64,000 nt of DNA from assembly GCA_013239625.1 (NCBI GenBank), contig MU054338.1, forward strand, positions 4,998,724 to 5,062,723, read 5' to 3'. The stretch is from Lama guanicoe. Lineage: Eukaryota. Under the pieces are notes generated by a model that ran no database searches, was not told where the DNA came from, and saw only the letters and a program-made list of their open reading frames with translations. The number at the start of each line of letters is the position of its first letter. Position 1 is the stretch's first letter. A program made the position numbers and the translations under genes. Of this stretch, positions 11,401-23,300 are shown in pieces.

Positions 11401-14400
11401 CACTGCCTGATGGGCCCACCAAAGCACCTGCTTACTTGCCCTACCCTGAGGGCCCCTCAAAGCCATCTCCCTGCCTGGCGGGGGAGGTATCAAAACCTCC
11501 AGCCCTGTCTGAGGGCTCCCCGAAAGCAGCGGCTTCGTCCCCCGCAGCCAGCAACTCTGAAGTGAAGATGACCAGCTTTGCTGAACGCAAGAAGCAGCTA
11601 GTGAAGGCCGAGGCTGAGGCAGGGTCTCCGGCAGCCACTCCAGTGGCACCAGAGGCCCTGAGCTCGGAGATGAGTGAGCTTGGAGCCCGACTGGAGGAGA
11701 AACGCCGGGCCATAGAGGCTCAGAAGCGACGGATTGAGGCCATCTTTGCCAAGCACCGCCAGCGACTCGGCAAGAACGCTTTCCTGCAGGTGCAGCCACG
11801 GGAGGCCGGCGGGGAGGCGGAGGCTGAGCCAGGCCTGGCTCCTGGTGGGGAGCGGCCGGCGGGTGAGGGCCAGGGTGAGCCGTCCCCACGGCCGAAGGCA
11901 GTGACCTTCTCGCCTGAACTGGGCCCGGTGCCCCCCGAAGGGCTGGGAGACTATAACCGGGCAGTCAGCAAGCTGAGTGCAGCGCTGAGCTCACTGCAAC
12001 GGGACATGCAGAGGCTCACGGACCAGCAGCAGCGGCTCCTGGCCCCACCCGAGGCCTCAGGGCCTGCTCCGCCTCCCGCTGCGTGGGTCATCCCCGGTCC
12101 CACATCGGGTCCCAAAGCCGCGTCCCCCAGCCCCGCCCGGCGCACCCCAGCCACCCGGCGCAGCCCCGGGCCTGGCCCCAGCCCAACACCCCGTAGCCCG
12201 AAACACGCACGGCCAGCGGAATTGCGGCTGGCGCCCCTGACGAGGGTGCTCACGCCTCCCCACGATGTGGACAGCCTCCCCCACTTGCGCAAGTTCTCGC
12301 CGAGCCAGGTGCCTGTGCAGACACGCTCCTCTATCCTCCTGGCTGAGGGGCCGCCTCCCGAGGAGCCCGCAGCCCGGCCTGGCCTCATCGAGATCCCGCT
12401 GGGCAGCCTGGAAGAGCCCACAGCTGAGGACGAGGGGGACGGGAGCCCCCCTGGTGCTGAGGATTCCTTAGAAGAAGAAGCATCTTCAGAGGGAGAGCCC
12501 AGAGCTGGGCTGGGATTCTTCTACAAGGTGAGAGTCACCTGAGCAGGTGGGGGAGGGGTCAAGTGGGTAGATGGGTGGATGGTCAGGGAGGGGGAGGTGT
12601 GTGGACAGCTGGTCACCTGGATAGGACTTTTCCAATGGACAAATGGAGCTGGTGGAGGAGCCACAGGTGGACAGGTGATTAGCCGGGTGGGAGTGGGCAG
12701 ACAGATAAGGTGTGTGTGGCCAGATGGACACATAGATGGGGTGGGTGGATAGAGGGAGAATGGGTGGGTAGACAGATGGACAGGGGTGGACAGATAGATG
12801 GGAGAGTGACAGCCAGGTGGACAGGAGTGAGCAGATGGACAAACGGGGCTAGGGTCCTCCAGGGTATCCCCTCCCTCCTGCTCTCTCCTTTACCGTCCTC
12901 CCCTGACCCACCCCACCAGCATGGCCCCACCAGTCCCCCTTCCTGACTCTCCCATGTTCCATCACTCTTCTCCCTCCTCCTGGCACTCCTAGCTTGGCCA
13001 CAACCCCACCACCTCTTACCTGGACACCTGCAATCCTGTCCTTGATTGGTCTCCACCGCCCACCCCTCACCACACCAATCCCTGGCCATTTCCAACTGAA
13101 CAGTCAGCAAGATTTTTTTTAAAAAAATGCAAATTGGGGTGGGGAGACGGTATAGCTCAGTGGTAGAGTGCATGCTTAGCAAGCACGAAGTCCTGGTTTT
13201 GATCCCCAGTACTGTTAAAATATAAATGCAAAATTCCCTCCTCCGCCAAACTTTTTAATGTAAATTAGACCTTGTCCTTCCCCTACTTAAAACACTTCTG
13301 TACCTCCTCTTGGCTCTTAGAATAAAAGTCCTTCCCGTGGCCTTAGGCTCAGCTCACCTCTGACCTCATCCTATGCTGTCATCCCAGCCACACTGGCTTC
13401 CCTGCTGTTCTACACCGCCAGGCTTGTTTGGGCCTCAGGGCCTTTGCACTTGCTGTTCCCCCTGCCCAGAATGCTCTCCTCACCACTCACCCCAACCCTG
13501 TTCAGTTCTTCTCTTCATTCTCCAAGGTTGCTTCCTCCAGGAAGCCTCCCTTGGTGTCCCTAGGCTAGGATAGGTCTCTGCCCATGGTGTAAGCTGATCA
13601 CAGCTTTTGCTAGTGTTCACCACTGTTGGTGTGATATGTGATCATCTTCTCCACTGGGTTAAGTGTTTTGTGTGCCCAGAACCCAGCATGGGGCTATGCA
13701 CAAAGCAAGTGCTAACCAAATGCCTTCAGATCGATTACAAAAACTAAAGGATAGGTGAGTGGCTGGCAGGCTGGGTCAACAGAAGATCAGACTCCAGCAG
13801 AACCAGTGGAGGGACAGCTGGACTTGGTGCCTGCCCCCAGGATGAAGACAAGCCCGAAGACGAGATGGCCCAGAAACGGGCTAGCCTGCTGGAGCGGCAG
13901 CAGCGGCGGGCGGAGGAGGCACGGCGGCGGAAGCAGTGGCAGGAGGCCGAGAGGGAGCAGCGGAGGGAGGAGGCGGCGAGGTGAGGCCAGGCCCAGTCTG
14001 GGGACCCCTGCCAACAGCGACCCTGTGACCTATCTGACTGCTTCAATCCTCTTGCTCTGCAGACTGGCCCAGGAGGAGGCGGCCCCCAGCCCCCCAGCCC
14101 CTGCAGCTCCGACGGCCCCTGCAGCAACCGCAGCCCCTGCTGCCCGCACCTCGGCAGAGGAGGAGGTGGGCCCCCGGCGGGGGGAGTTCACGCGGCTCGA
14201 GTACGAACGCCGGGCCCAGCTGAAGCTGATGGATGACCTCGACAAGGTGCTGCGGCCCCGGGCTGCAGGGAGTGGGGGGCCAGGCCGGGGTGGACGGAGA
14301 GCCCCCCGGCCACGCTCCGGTTGCTGTGATGACTCGGCCCTGGCTCGAAGCCCAGCCCGAGGCCTGCTGGGTGAGGCCCCCATGGTTACGTGGGGAGGTA

Positions 14401-15848
14401 GGGGGTACATCTGCAGGGGTGCAGGGTCGGGGCCAGTATGTGGGCTCATGGGGGTCAAGACTTCCAAAAGGATGTGCGGGCTGCAGCGAGGTGAGGCTCA
14501 CCGGGCAAACCCCTCCCGCACAGGTGTGGGGGGAGGCCAGCCCCCAGTGGGGCTGGGGCTGCCCAGGGTGAGGGGCCTGAGCAGGGCTGGCCCCACATTC
14601 CCTCCACCACCTGCCAGGCAAGGCCTGCGGGCATCTGTAGAGGTTAGGGGGCTTTGGGTGGGGCCTGACCAGACACCCTCCACTTCTAGGCTCTCGGCTC
14701 AGCAAAGTCTACTCCCAGTCCACCCTGTCACTGTCCACTGTGGCCAATGAGGCCAATAACCTCGGTGTGAAGAGGCCCACATCTCGGTGAGTTTGGCCTG
14801 GTGGGCAGGCACCTGCGTTCCAGGTGGCCTGTGTGTGTGTGTGTGAGATGGAGGGGCACAGACCTAGGAGTGTGACATGGCATGAGTGTATTTTGCCACC
14901 AAAGGGATGAAAGGACGCATACCTGACAGGATCCGAGAACAGCCCTCTCTGCCCGAGTGTCCAGCGTGCCTGGGGCTGGGAGAGGGCACTGCGTGGACTT
15001 GGGGGCATATATGTACAACATACGTGTACATGTCCCACTGTGCTGTGTTCTGGGCTTGCCCTTCCCCAGTCCCACGGCATATGGGCCAGGAGGCTTCGTC
15101 CACCACTGACTGCACCCCTGTCCCACCTCTTCCCCCTGCAGGGCTCCATCTCCATCCGGCCTCATGTCCCCAAGCCGCCTGCCTGGTAGCCGTGACCGTG
15201 AGTGGGAGAACGGCAGCAATGCCTCCTCCCCCGCCTCGGTGCCCGAGTACACAGGTAGGTGGGGCTTTGGGGGAGGAGCACCGGCCTGCCTGCAACACCC
15301 CACCCGCCACTATCATCCCAGCTGACCGCCCCGCCCCCTAGGGCCACGGCTGTATAAGGAGCCCAGCGCGAAGTCCAACAAGTTCATCATCCACAACGCC
15401 CTGTCGCACTGCTGCCTGGCGGGCAAGGTGAACGAGCCGCAGAAGAACCGCATCCTCGAGGTGGGCCAGCGCCCGGGGCGAGGGGGCCGGTGGGTAGGTC
15501 GGGGGCCCCGGGGGCTGGCTAACCGCTCCCACCGCCCACCAGGAGATTGAGAAGAGCAAGGCCAACCACTTCCTGATCCTCTTCCGAGACTCGAGCTGCC
15601 AATTCCGGGCCCTCTACACGCTGTCAGGGGAGACGGAGGAGCTGTCGCGGCTGGCGGGCTACGGCCCCCGCACAGTCACGCCCGCCATGGTCGAGGGCAT
15701 CTACAAGTACAACTCGGACCGCAAGCGCTTCACCCAGATCCCCGCCAAGACCATGTCCATGAGCGTGGACGCCTTCACCATCCAGGGACACCTCTGGCAG
15801 AGCAAGAAGCCCACTACTCCTAAGAAGGGCGGCAGCACCCCCAAATAG
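1839..15848 (+). CDS. CAMSAP3: Calmodulin-regulated spectrin-associated protein 3 (CH domain, coiled coils, C-terminal CKK microtubule minus-end domain); 1243 aa, or 1270 aa with both microexons
   Basis: Exons: 1839-1986, 6970-7223, 7476-7598, 7687-7782, [7965-7997], [8892-8939], 9196-9334, 9919-10058, 10146-10239, 10321-10375, 10517-10590, 10907-10976, 11072-12527, 13841-13980, 14063-14370, 14690-14786, 15142-15254, 15342-15460, 15543-15848. All introns are GT-AG and phases are consistent. Translation runs MVEAAPPGPGPLRRTFLVPEIK...LYKEPSAKSNKFIIHNALSHCCLAGKVN...KKGGSTPK*. Confidence 0.97.
4482..4771 (-). mobile_element. MER33-like hAT-Charlie DNA transposon relic
   Basis: AT-rich body with recalled MER33 text (gttgaaatgataatat, ggctactagaaaatttt, gtggctcgcatt..tatttctat) and degenerate terminal inverted repeats. 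Confidence 0.65.
4812..5072 (+). mobile_element. MER20-like hAT DNA transposon relic
   Basis: ggggacatttggcagtgtctggagacatttttggttgtcac...gcatctagtg...ctgctaaacatc matches the recalled MER20 consensus. Confidence 0.75.
13141..13230 (+). mobile_element. tRNA-Ala-derived SINE (camelid Vic-1-like) in CAMSAP3 intron 13
   Basis: gggagacggtatagctcagtggtagagtgcatgcttagcaagcacgaagtcctggttttgatccccagtac carries an A-box and a degenerate B-box; aaatgcaaa occurs on both flanks. Confidence 0.8.
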
Positions 15849-16086
15849 CCCCGTCCTGGGTGGTCCGCAGGCCGGGCCCCGCGTGCTCCGGCCGCCGCCC
15901 TTCTGGAGGACAGCCTAGAGGACAGTCCGTCGGTATTCCTGGGTCCTGTCTGTCCCCGGCCTTGTCTGGGTGGGGCTGGAGTCCCCACCCCCTAACTTCC
16001 GTCCCATCCTGCTGTGGGGGCTGAGCTGGGAGGTTCAGGGACTCAGGGCTCAGCTCAGTCCTCTGTCTGTCCTCCCCACCTTCTTG

Positions 16087-16092
16087 AATAAA
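16087..16092 (+). terminator. CAMSAP3 polyadenylation signal AATAAA
   Basis: Canonical hexamer about 240 nt after the stop codon. Confidence 0.8.
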
Positions 16093-17330
16093 GTAATTTA
16101 AAGAGAGCTCGACCACTGGCATCTCCCTGAGGCATCCAGCAATATCTCTGCCTAAGAGGGTTTTCCTACTAGCTGGCTCGCTCTTGTCTCCTGTCAGCTC
16201 TTGAGCCTGCTCCAGCCTCTCCTCTGCCCCCTCAATGGCCTGGACACGGCTCCAGCCAAGGTCCAGCACTTTCCTGCCAGGGCCCCGTGGCTGCTTCCCA
16301 GAAGCCTCTTAACTGACCTCCTGGGCACGTGAGGCCTCTGCCCAGCCCTCCCCGCCCCCACTGGCTTCATTTTCCTCCTCGGTGGCTGTTACTATTGGCC
16401 TCCCCTGGCATTTGGTCCTCAGCCAACTGCTAAACTTGATCTCTCCTCCAGCCACCTGCCTACGTTTCTAGGCTGGGTGACCGCCTCTGGGCCAGGGATT
16501 ACTGTGCTTCTCTCCTGAGCAACATGGCTCAGGGTCCGGTTGCCTCCCTGGCCGGACGTCTCACGTAGGAACTATGCCACAAGCTTGGGCCAGGCCCAGC
16601 TCCTGTCTCCCTGCAGCCTGGGAGCCGAACCAGCCTCCCAAACACCCAATCCTGCACGCTCCACTTCCTGGTGGCCTCTGTCTCACTCACTTGTCTCCGT
16701 CCCCGTGACCACCCCCCAGTCAGGCCAACGGCCTGGGCCTCCCAACATCCCCAGTCACCTCCTGCCACAAGCCAGTCCCCACAGCAGCCTGCCTGGCCTG
16801 TCAGGGCACAAATCTGATTAAGTCCTTGAATGCTGAAAATCCCTTAATAGTTTAGAGCCTGCTAATGGCTTCCCAGAGCTTAGGACTAAGGACCACACCC
16901 TGGCCGTGGCCCACAGCTGAGATCTGGCTCCTGGCCGCGGTCCAGAGAAATGCCTTGCTAAGATTGCGGAGCGGGTCGGGGCCTGCCTGCCTCCGATGCC
17001 CTCAGATCAGTCTCTTCCAGAGGGGAGGGGGGTGCCCTCGCCCAAGGAGAAAGGGTTTGTGGTGGGGAAGCCCAGTATCTCTACCTGCTGACAGGGAGGG
17101 AGGTGGAGCCCCCGCCAGGCTCGGGGCCTCAAACGGCAGAGAGGCTGGCCTCTGAGTCCAGCACTGGCTCTGCGGGGCGAGGGTGGGGCGAGAGCTCTGG
17201 CCTGGAGCCCAGCTGCCCCACCTCCCACACCAGCCAATGGTGGGGGGTGCAGGGCGCCACTGAGCAGGCGATCCCTGCAGGCACCTGGGCAGCAGGAAGG
17301 AGGCTCAGACTTAAACGTACAAACACAAGC

Positions 17331-17336
17331 TTCATT
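17331..17336 (-). terminator. Probable XAB2 variant polyadenylation signal AATGAA
   Basis: The minus strand reads ccccAATGAAgcttgtgtttgtacgttt, 23 nt after the stop. I saw no AATAAA/ATTAAA on this strand nearby. Confidence 0.5.
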
Positions 17337-17359
17337 GGGGGTTGGGGGGCTGGTGGGAA

Positions 17360-20300
17360 TCAGTCTTCCTTCAGGCTCCCGAACACGGCGGCTGGTACAC
17401 TCTGCTGCTCCAGCCGCACCTCTAGGGTAGAGGACAAGGAGGACACGGTCACGCTCCCGCCCCTGCCTCCACCCAGCACCCTGCCTGGTCACCACCCTGA
17501 CTGGCTGCCTGGCCTCCTACCGTTGGGCTCCAGGTCCATCTCGTCCTCGTCCTCGTCCTCACCCAGCTCGATCTCCTCTGGGTTGGCCTGCTGCGCCAGC
17601 TCGGCCAGCTCCTCCCGGGAGGCGTCGCTCCTGGGGCAGGGGGGCAGGTGGGGGAGGGAGCCACACTGCTCAGCCGGGCCCAGCACCCCCATAGCCTCCC
17701 TGCACCTCCCCTGCTGCCCTCCACCCACCCAGGAAGAAGAGCAGGCTGGCGCCCTGCTAGGCCTCAGGCCCCCGCCCTCACCTCACAAACAGGATCTTGC
17801 TCTGGGCCCGCGAGGGCTGGTCACGCTCAGCCTCGGCTGCCAGCTGTTCGGCCCGCTGCTCCAGCAGTTTCATGTCATCCATGCCACTCTGCCCGGGGGC
17901 GAGGTCAGACACTGGGGAAAGCATGGGGGTCAGACACACAGCTGGGCTGTCCTCAGCCATGCTCAGGCCACTGCCTATGCGCCTGCCTCACTCCGGGTGC
18001 TGCTGGGTGTCCCCAATCTGTGCCCGAGGCACCCAGACCCAGGAGGCCACTGCTGGGCCGCAGCAACTCACCGGTGCCCGTGGCGCTGCCCGACACCTTG
18101 AGCATCTGGGAGGCCATGAAGTTGACCTGCGTGTTGTATGTGGCCTGCACGCTGCGGCGGATGCGCAGCATCTCCCTGATGGTGTCCTCGTTGCCGTGAC
18201 GGACCTCGAAGTCCTTCCACGTCTGCCAGAACGCCCCTGTCGTCTGCCGAGGGGTGGTGGGAAAACAGGCGTGAGCCAGCCGGCTCAGCGGCACCTCCCA
18301 CACCGCTGGCCCAGCCCGGTCCTACCCGGGGGTCGCAGATCTGCGAGCAGAAGCTGTAGATGGCCCGGGCACGGTCGATCTCCCCAAGCTTGCACTCCAT
18401 GTCGGCAAACCGCAGGCACATCTCCCGGGCATGCTCATCCGACAGCACCTGGGCAATCAGGGTTGGGCACGATGTGAGGCAGGAGGGGCCACCCCTTTGG
18501 GGGAGCTCAGGTGGTTCCCAGAACACTGGGCTGGTCTCCAGGCTGACGGGCTCCCCCAGCTGCTGTGCACAGGGCGTGCTCAGATCCCCTGCCAGCAGGA
18601 CCCCTTCTCTCCCCGAGAGTCCCCCAGCACCCCCCACCCCTTGTAGGGGGCACCTCAATGGCCTTCTGATAGATGCTGCGGGTGTGGGTGACTCCGTAGA
18701 TCTCGGCCGCCCGCTTGATGTAGATGTTGAACATGTCGTACTGCTGGGCGGGCTCCACGGCCCTGGTGGCACGCTCGTACACGGCCATGGCATGCCGGGC
18801 CAGGCCCCACTCCTCCTCCAGCTGCGCGTATAGCAGGTACAGTGCTGCCACGGAACAAGACGCAGGCGGGGGCTTGCGGGAGGTCACGGCTGGGCCCGCC
18901 CCGCCCCCCCCCCAACGCCCTCTGCCGAGCCAGCCTGGCCCTCCTCACTCTTTGCGTATTTGGGAGGGCAGCCGTCCAGTGCCTGTTCAAAGAGGTCCCG
19001 TGCCCGCTCCAGCTTTCGGCCCCCATAGCGGGCAATGAATTTGGTCAGGTAGGTGCTCCAGATGTCAGACACGTTAGGCCACTTAAACAGTGAAATGCCA
19101 CGCTCATATGCCTGCCGGGAGGGGGGAGTTGTGTGCGAGTCCACAGGGGGAGACCCTCCAGCAGCCTGTCTGCACGGAGACTGCCCATCTCCTCCAGGCT
19201 CAGTAAGCAGCCCCTTGCCTGTCCACTCCTCCCGTCGGGCTCCTCCCTGCAGTCACGGTCATACAGTCCTGGTACAGCCACGAAGGTCTGTTCGCTCCCT
19301 GCCAGCCCCCCTCAGCAGCAAGGACCCCAAAGACAGAGCTGGACTAGGGCTCACAAGTAGGTGACATTACGACTGAAGTGGGGGGATCCTCAGATCTGCA
19401 GACACTGGAGCCCAGTGCCCTGGGAGAGGTTCACCCACTCAGGCAAAGGGGCAGCACGCACGTGTGTACGACCACCTGCACCATGTAGATGCCAGTCCCC
19501 AAATGCATACAACCAAAACCTCGGGCAGCGGTGCAGGCGTCGCCACGTGGACACATACACCACACATAAAACACACCACGTGCCTGCATCCCATCACCTG
19601 AGCAGCAGGGCAGGGACAGCCCCCACACATCTACATGGCACCCCACCCCCACCCCACAGACACAGGGGAGACTGTGCCTGCGACAGGCTGACCTGCGTTC
19701 TCTCAAGTTAGTGTTGAAGCCCTGACCCCAGGACCTCAGAATGAGGCTGTATTGGAAATGAGGTCTTTAAAGAGATAACTAGATTAAAATGAGATCATCA
19801 GGGTAAACCCTGTCCCAATACAACTTAATCCCTGTAAAAGAAGGTCTGGGCACACAGAGAAACACTAGACATGCGCAGAGATGACCACGAGAGGGAAGGC
19901 GGCCTTCATAAGCCAAGGAGAGAGATCTCAGGAGAGACCAACCCTGCTGACACTGGGAGCTCGGGCTCCTGCCTCCAGGACCGGGAAAGTCCACCTCTGT
20001 TGTTCAAGCTACCCAGTCGGCGGTACTTCGCCACAGCAGTCCGAGCAGACTAACCCAGTGCCCAAGGTGTCAGGTAGGGGACAGTGCCTCCCGGGACCCC
20101 CTCACCTTGAAGCTCTCCTCAAAGTACTTGTGTTCCTCCAGGAACATGGCGTAGTTGATGACGATCTGGGGCGTGGCGATGCGCAGGTCCAGGATGCGGT
20201 CGTACACGGCCTTGGTGGACTGCCGGGAGGGGGCGGGTCACAGCATGTCCTGGAGCTGAGTCAGGGGCCCCACCCCGGGCGGGGGTCCCCTCCTGGCCCA

Positions 20301-23300
20301 TGGCTCACCTGGAAGGTGCCGAGGCTCTCCTCCAGGTCGGCCAGCATGGACCACACTTTCAGAGACTTGTACACGCGGTTCTGCACGGGCTCTGAGCCGT
20401 CGAAGTACTCGGCGCGGCGGGCAGGCAGCGCCGTTGCCTTCTGCAGGGACGGCAGGGGGAAGTGTTCTGGGGCGTCCAGGCCCCAGCTGCACACCCTGAG
20501 GGGGACCCCGCGCCACCCTGGGCCTGTGCTCACCCGCAGCAGCCGCAGGGCCTGGTCGTAGTTCTCATGCCGGAGCTCCAGTTCGCCACACTCGCACCAC
20601 ACGCTGGCTAGGTCGTCCACCTGCTTGAAGCTCACCTTGGTGGCTTTCTCCAGGATGATGCGGGCCTGCCGGGGCGGCAGAGGTCAGGCTGAGACCCTGC
20701 CCCCCGGCAAGTGCTCTGCGGAGGAGGCACCCGCATTCACGCACGGGCAACATGCACACCCAGCACTCACGTCGTCCAGCTGCCCGTTGTCCTCATAAAA
20801 CTTGGCAAACGCGACCCACAGCGTGTGGGGCTTGCCTGTGGCCTTGAAGGGGTCCACCGTCTGCACGGCCTCCGTGTACGTGTTGATGATCTGCACAGGA
20901 GGGGCCGGGTCAGGCGGGACTGGGGCCCTAGCTGGGGAGGGGGATGCGGCTCAGGGGTGGGCCGTCACGCACCTCCCGGGGGCGGCCCTGGTGCAGGGCC
21001 ACGCGCTTGTGCCACTCGTGCACGTGATGTGGGTTCTGACGCAGCAGGACGCTGTTGAGGAGCAGGGGCCGCCGGCTGATGAGCTGCTCGAAGCGGGCCA
21101 GGCGCAGCTCCAGGTCCACGTCATCTGGGACCCCCAGGGAGGGCCGGGAACAGACGGGAGGGTCTCAGCATGCAGCCTCCTCCGTCTCTCTGCTCTCTCT
21201 TCCTGCCCCCAGGTCCCCCACTGTCCATCCCGGCACTCCCTCCCCTCAGGCACCAACCTGAGTTGCCCCAGGGCTATCCTGACCCAACACTTGCCCCCGG
21301 CCTCGGCTACTCTGGAAACCCCTCCAGCAACCCTCATTCCCCTCAGCCCTCCTTCCTTGTCAAGCTCTGGCCTCGGCCACTGCTTCCTACCGGGGTCCAG
21401 CCCAAGCCTGAGATGTGTCCCCAGTCATGTCAACTCGCCAGGACCCCACCCGCACCGTCCATTCAGGCTCCCTCCCTGATGGCCTCTAACTGACCCGGAG
21501 ACCCAGGTCTCCCCTGGCCAGCCACTCTGGCCTCCCCCGACCCCTACGGCCCACCCTCCTGCTCACCCTCCTCCTCCCGCCCCAGCTCCGAGGCAGTCTC
21601 CATCTTCGCTGCGATCATGCTCTCCTCAAACTGGGCATAGCTGTCAAACACCTGGGTGAAGTCCCGCACGGTCATGACAGTCCGGATGGCTTCCTCATAC
21701 ACATCCCGAGCCTGAGGGGACAGGGAGGGTTGTCAGGAAAAAGCCGGTAGGGGAGAGGCACGTGTCCGTACCACATGGACACAGGGCATCCAGCAGCACT
21801 GTCCTTGGCAACAGACCCAAAGTGGAAGCCCTGCAGGGCCTTTCCCTGGGGCCTGCCCAGCTTCAGCAGCATATGGCCCCAGCAGGAGCCCTACCCGCCC
21901 CTTCCCTGCTGGAGTGATCTGGGGGCCTCAGCTCATCAGTAAACTGAGAGCGACAGCCCCTTCTGCAGTCACCGTGGGACTCGAGTGAGATGCAGAAAGG
22001 GCCTGCCACCCACTGACCTGCCACCGTGCGGGGACCCTAACCTCCGGTTGCCATGGAGGGCTAAATTATGACTACTTTCACTACTTTTTTAATTGAAGTA
22101 TACTTGATTCACAATGTGGTGTTAGTTTCTGGTGTCCAGCGTAGTAACTCAGTCATACATATGTATATCCTTCAGATTCTTCATTATAGGTTATTACGAG
22201 ACATTGAATGTAGTTCCCTGTGCTAAACAGTAGGACCTTATTGTTAATCTATTTTATATACAGTACTTTGTATCTGCTAATTCCTGATTTATCCCTTCTC
22301 CACCACTTTTCCCTTTGGTAACCGTAAGTTTGCTTTCCATGTCTGTAAATCTGTTTATGTTTTATAAGTAAGTTCATTTGTATCATTTCTCTAAAGATTC
22401 CACATATAAGTGATATCACAAGGTTTTGTCTTTTCTCTGTCTGACTTAGTATGATAATCTCTAGGTCCATCCATGTTGCTACAAATGGTATTATTTCCTT
22501 TTTTACAGCTGAGTAGTATTCCATTGTATATACACACAATTTCTTTATCCAGTCATCTGTTGATGGACATTCAGGTTGCTTCCATATCTTGGCTATTGTA
22601 AATAGGGCTGCTATAAGCACTGGGGTGCATGTATCTTTTCGAATTAAGAGTTTCTCTGGATATATGCCCAGAAGTGGGATTGCTGGATCATATGGTAAGT
22701 CTATTTTTAATTTTTTAAGGAACCTCTGCACTGCTTTGCATAGTGGCTGCACCAAATGACATTCCCACTGGCAGTGTAGGAGGGCTGCCTTGTCCCCCAA
22801 CCCTCTCTAGCACTTAACATTTTATGGACTTTTTACTGATGGCCACTCTGACCTGTGTGAGGTGATACCTCATTGTAGTTTTGATTTGCATTTCCTGATA
22901 TTAATGACACTGGAGGGCTCAATTATTGCCACGAAGTATCCCTCATCCCTGATGGACCCCCTTCTCCAGCTAACATTCTCCCATCACTGCTTCCCCCACC
23001 CCAACCCAAGGGGACAGGCCATATGAGAGGACATGCACTGGCAGGGATGAGGAGTGTCCCCAACAAGAGGGGCCATCACTCCACCCCTGTCCCAACTGGC
23101 CCTGCCCCTCGGCCCCCACTTGACAGCTGGTTCCAGCGGGCCCCTAGCCAGTCTCTTACTGCCGGCCTTGGCCTGTGCATTCTGCTTAAAATGCTGGCCT
23201 GAAGAGTCTTTGTAAACTGCACACCTGGTCATGCCTCTGTCCTGCTCACAGCTGGCTGGTGGCTCCCCATGATGGGACACAGCTGGCCCCCTCCTAGGCC

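Noticed and set aside
12540..12850. GGTGGA/GATGGA-rich tract, and similar tracts at 32550-32645, 40500-40960 and 63330-63720
   Set aside because: These are ordinary simple-sequence low-complexity tracts with no further structure that I could support.
13141..13215. tRNA-Ala genes at the six SINE heads
   Set aside because: They have divergent stems, SINE-specific 3' extensions, A-rich tails and duplicated flanks, so they are SINEs rather than tRNA genes.
17103..21479. Long plus-strand ORFs (for example 17103-18101, 332 aa) opposite XAB2
   Set aside because: These are antisense shadows of GC3-rich coding exons, with no independent gene signals.
22249..22800. 183-aa L1 ORF2-like ORF as an active or domesticated gene
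   Set aside because: It is only the C-terminal remnant of a 5'-truncated copy, drifts into 3'UTR sequence, and lacks the EN and RT domains.
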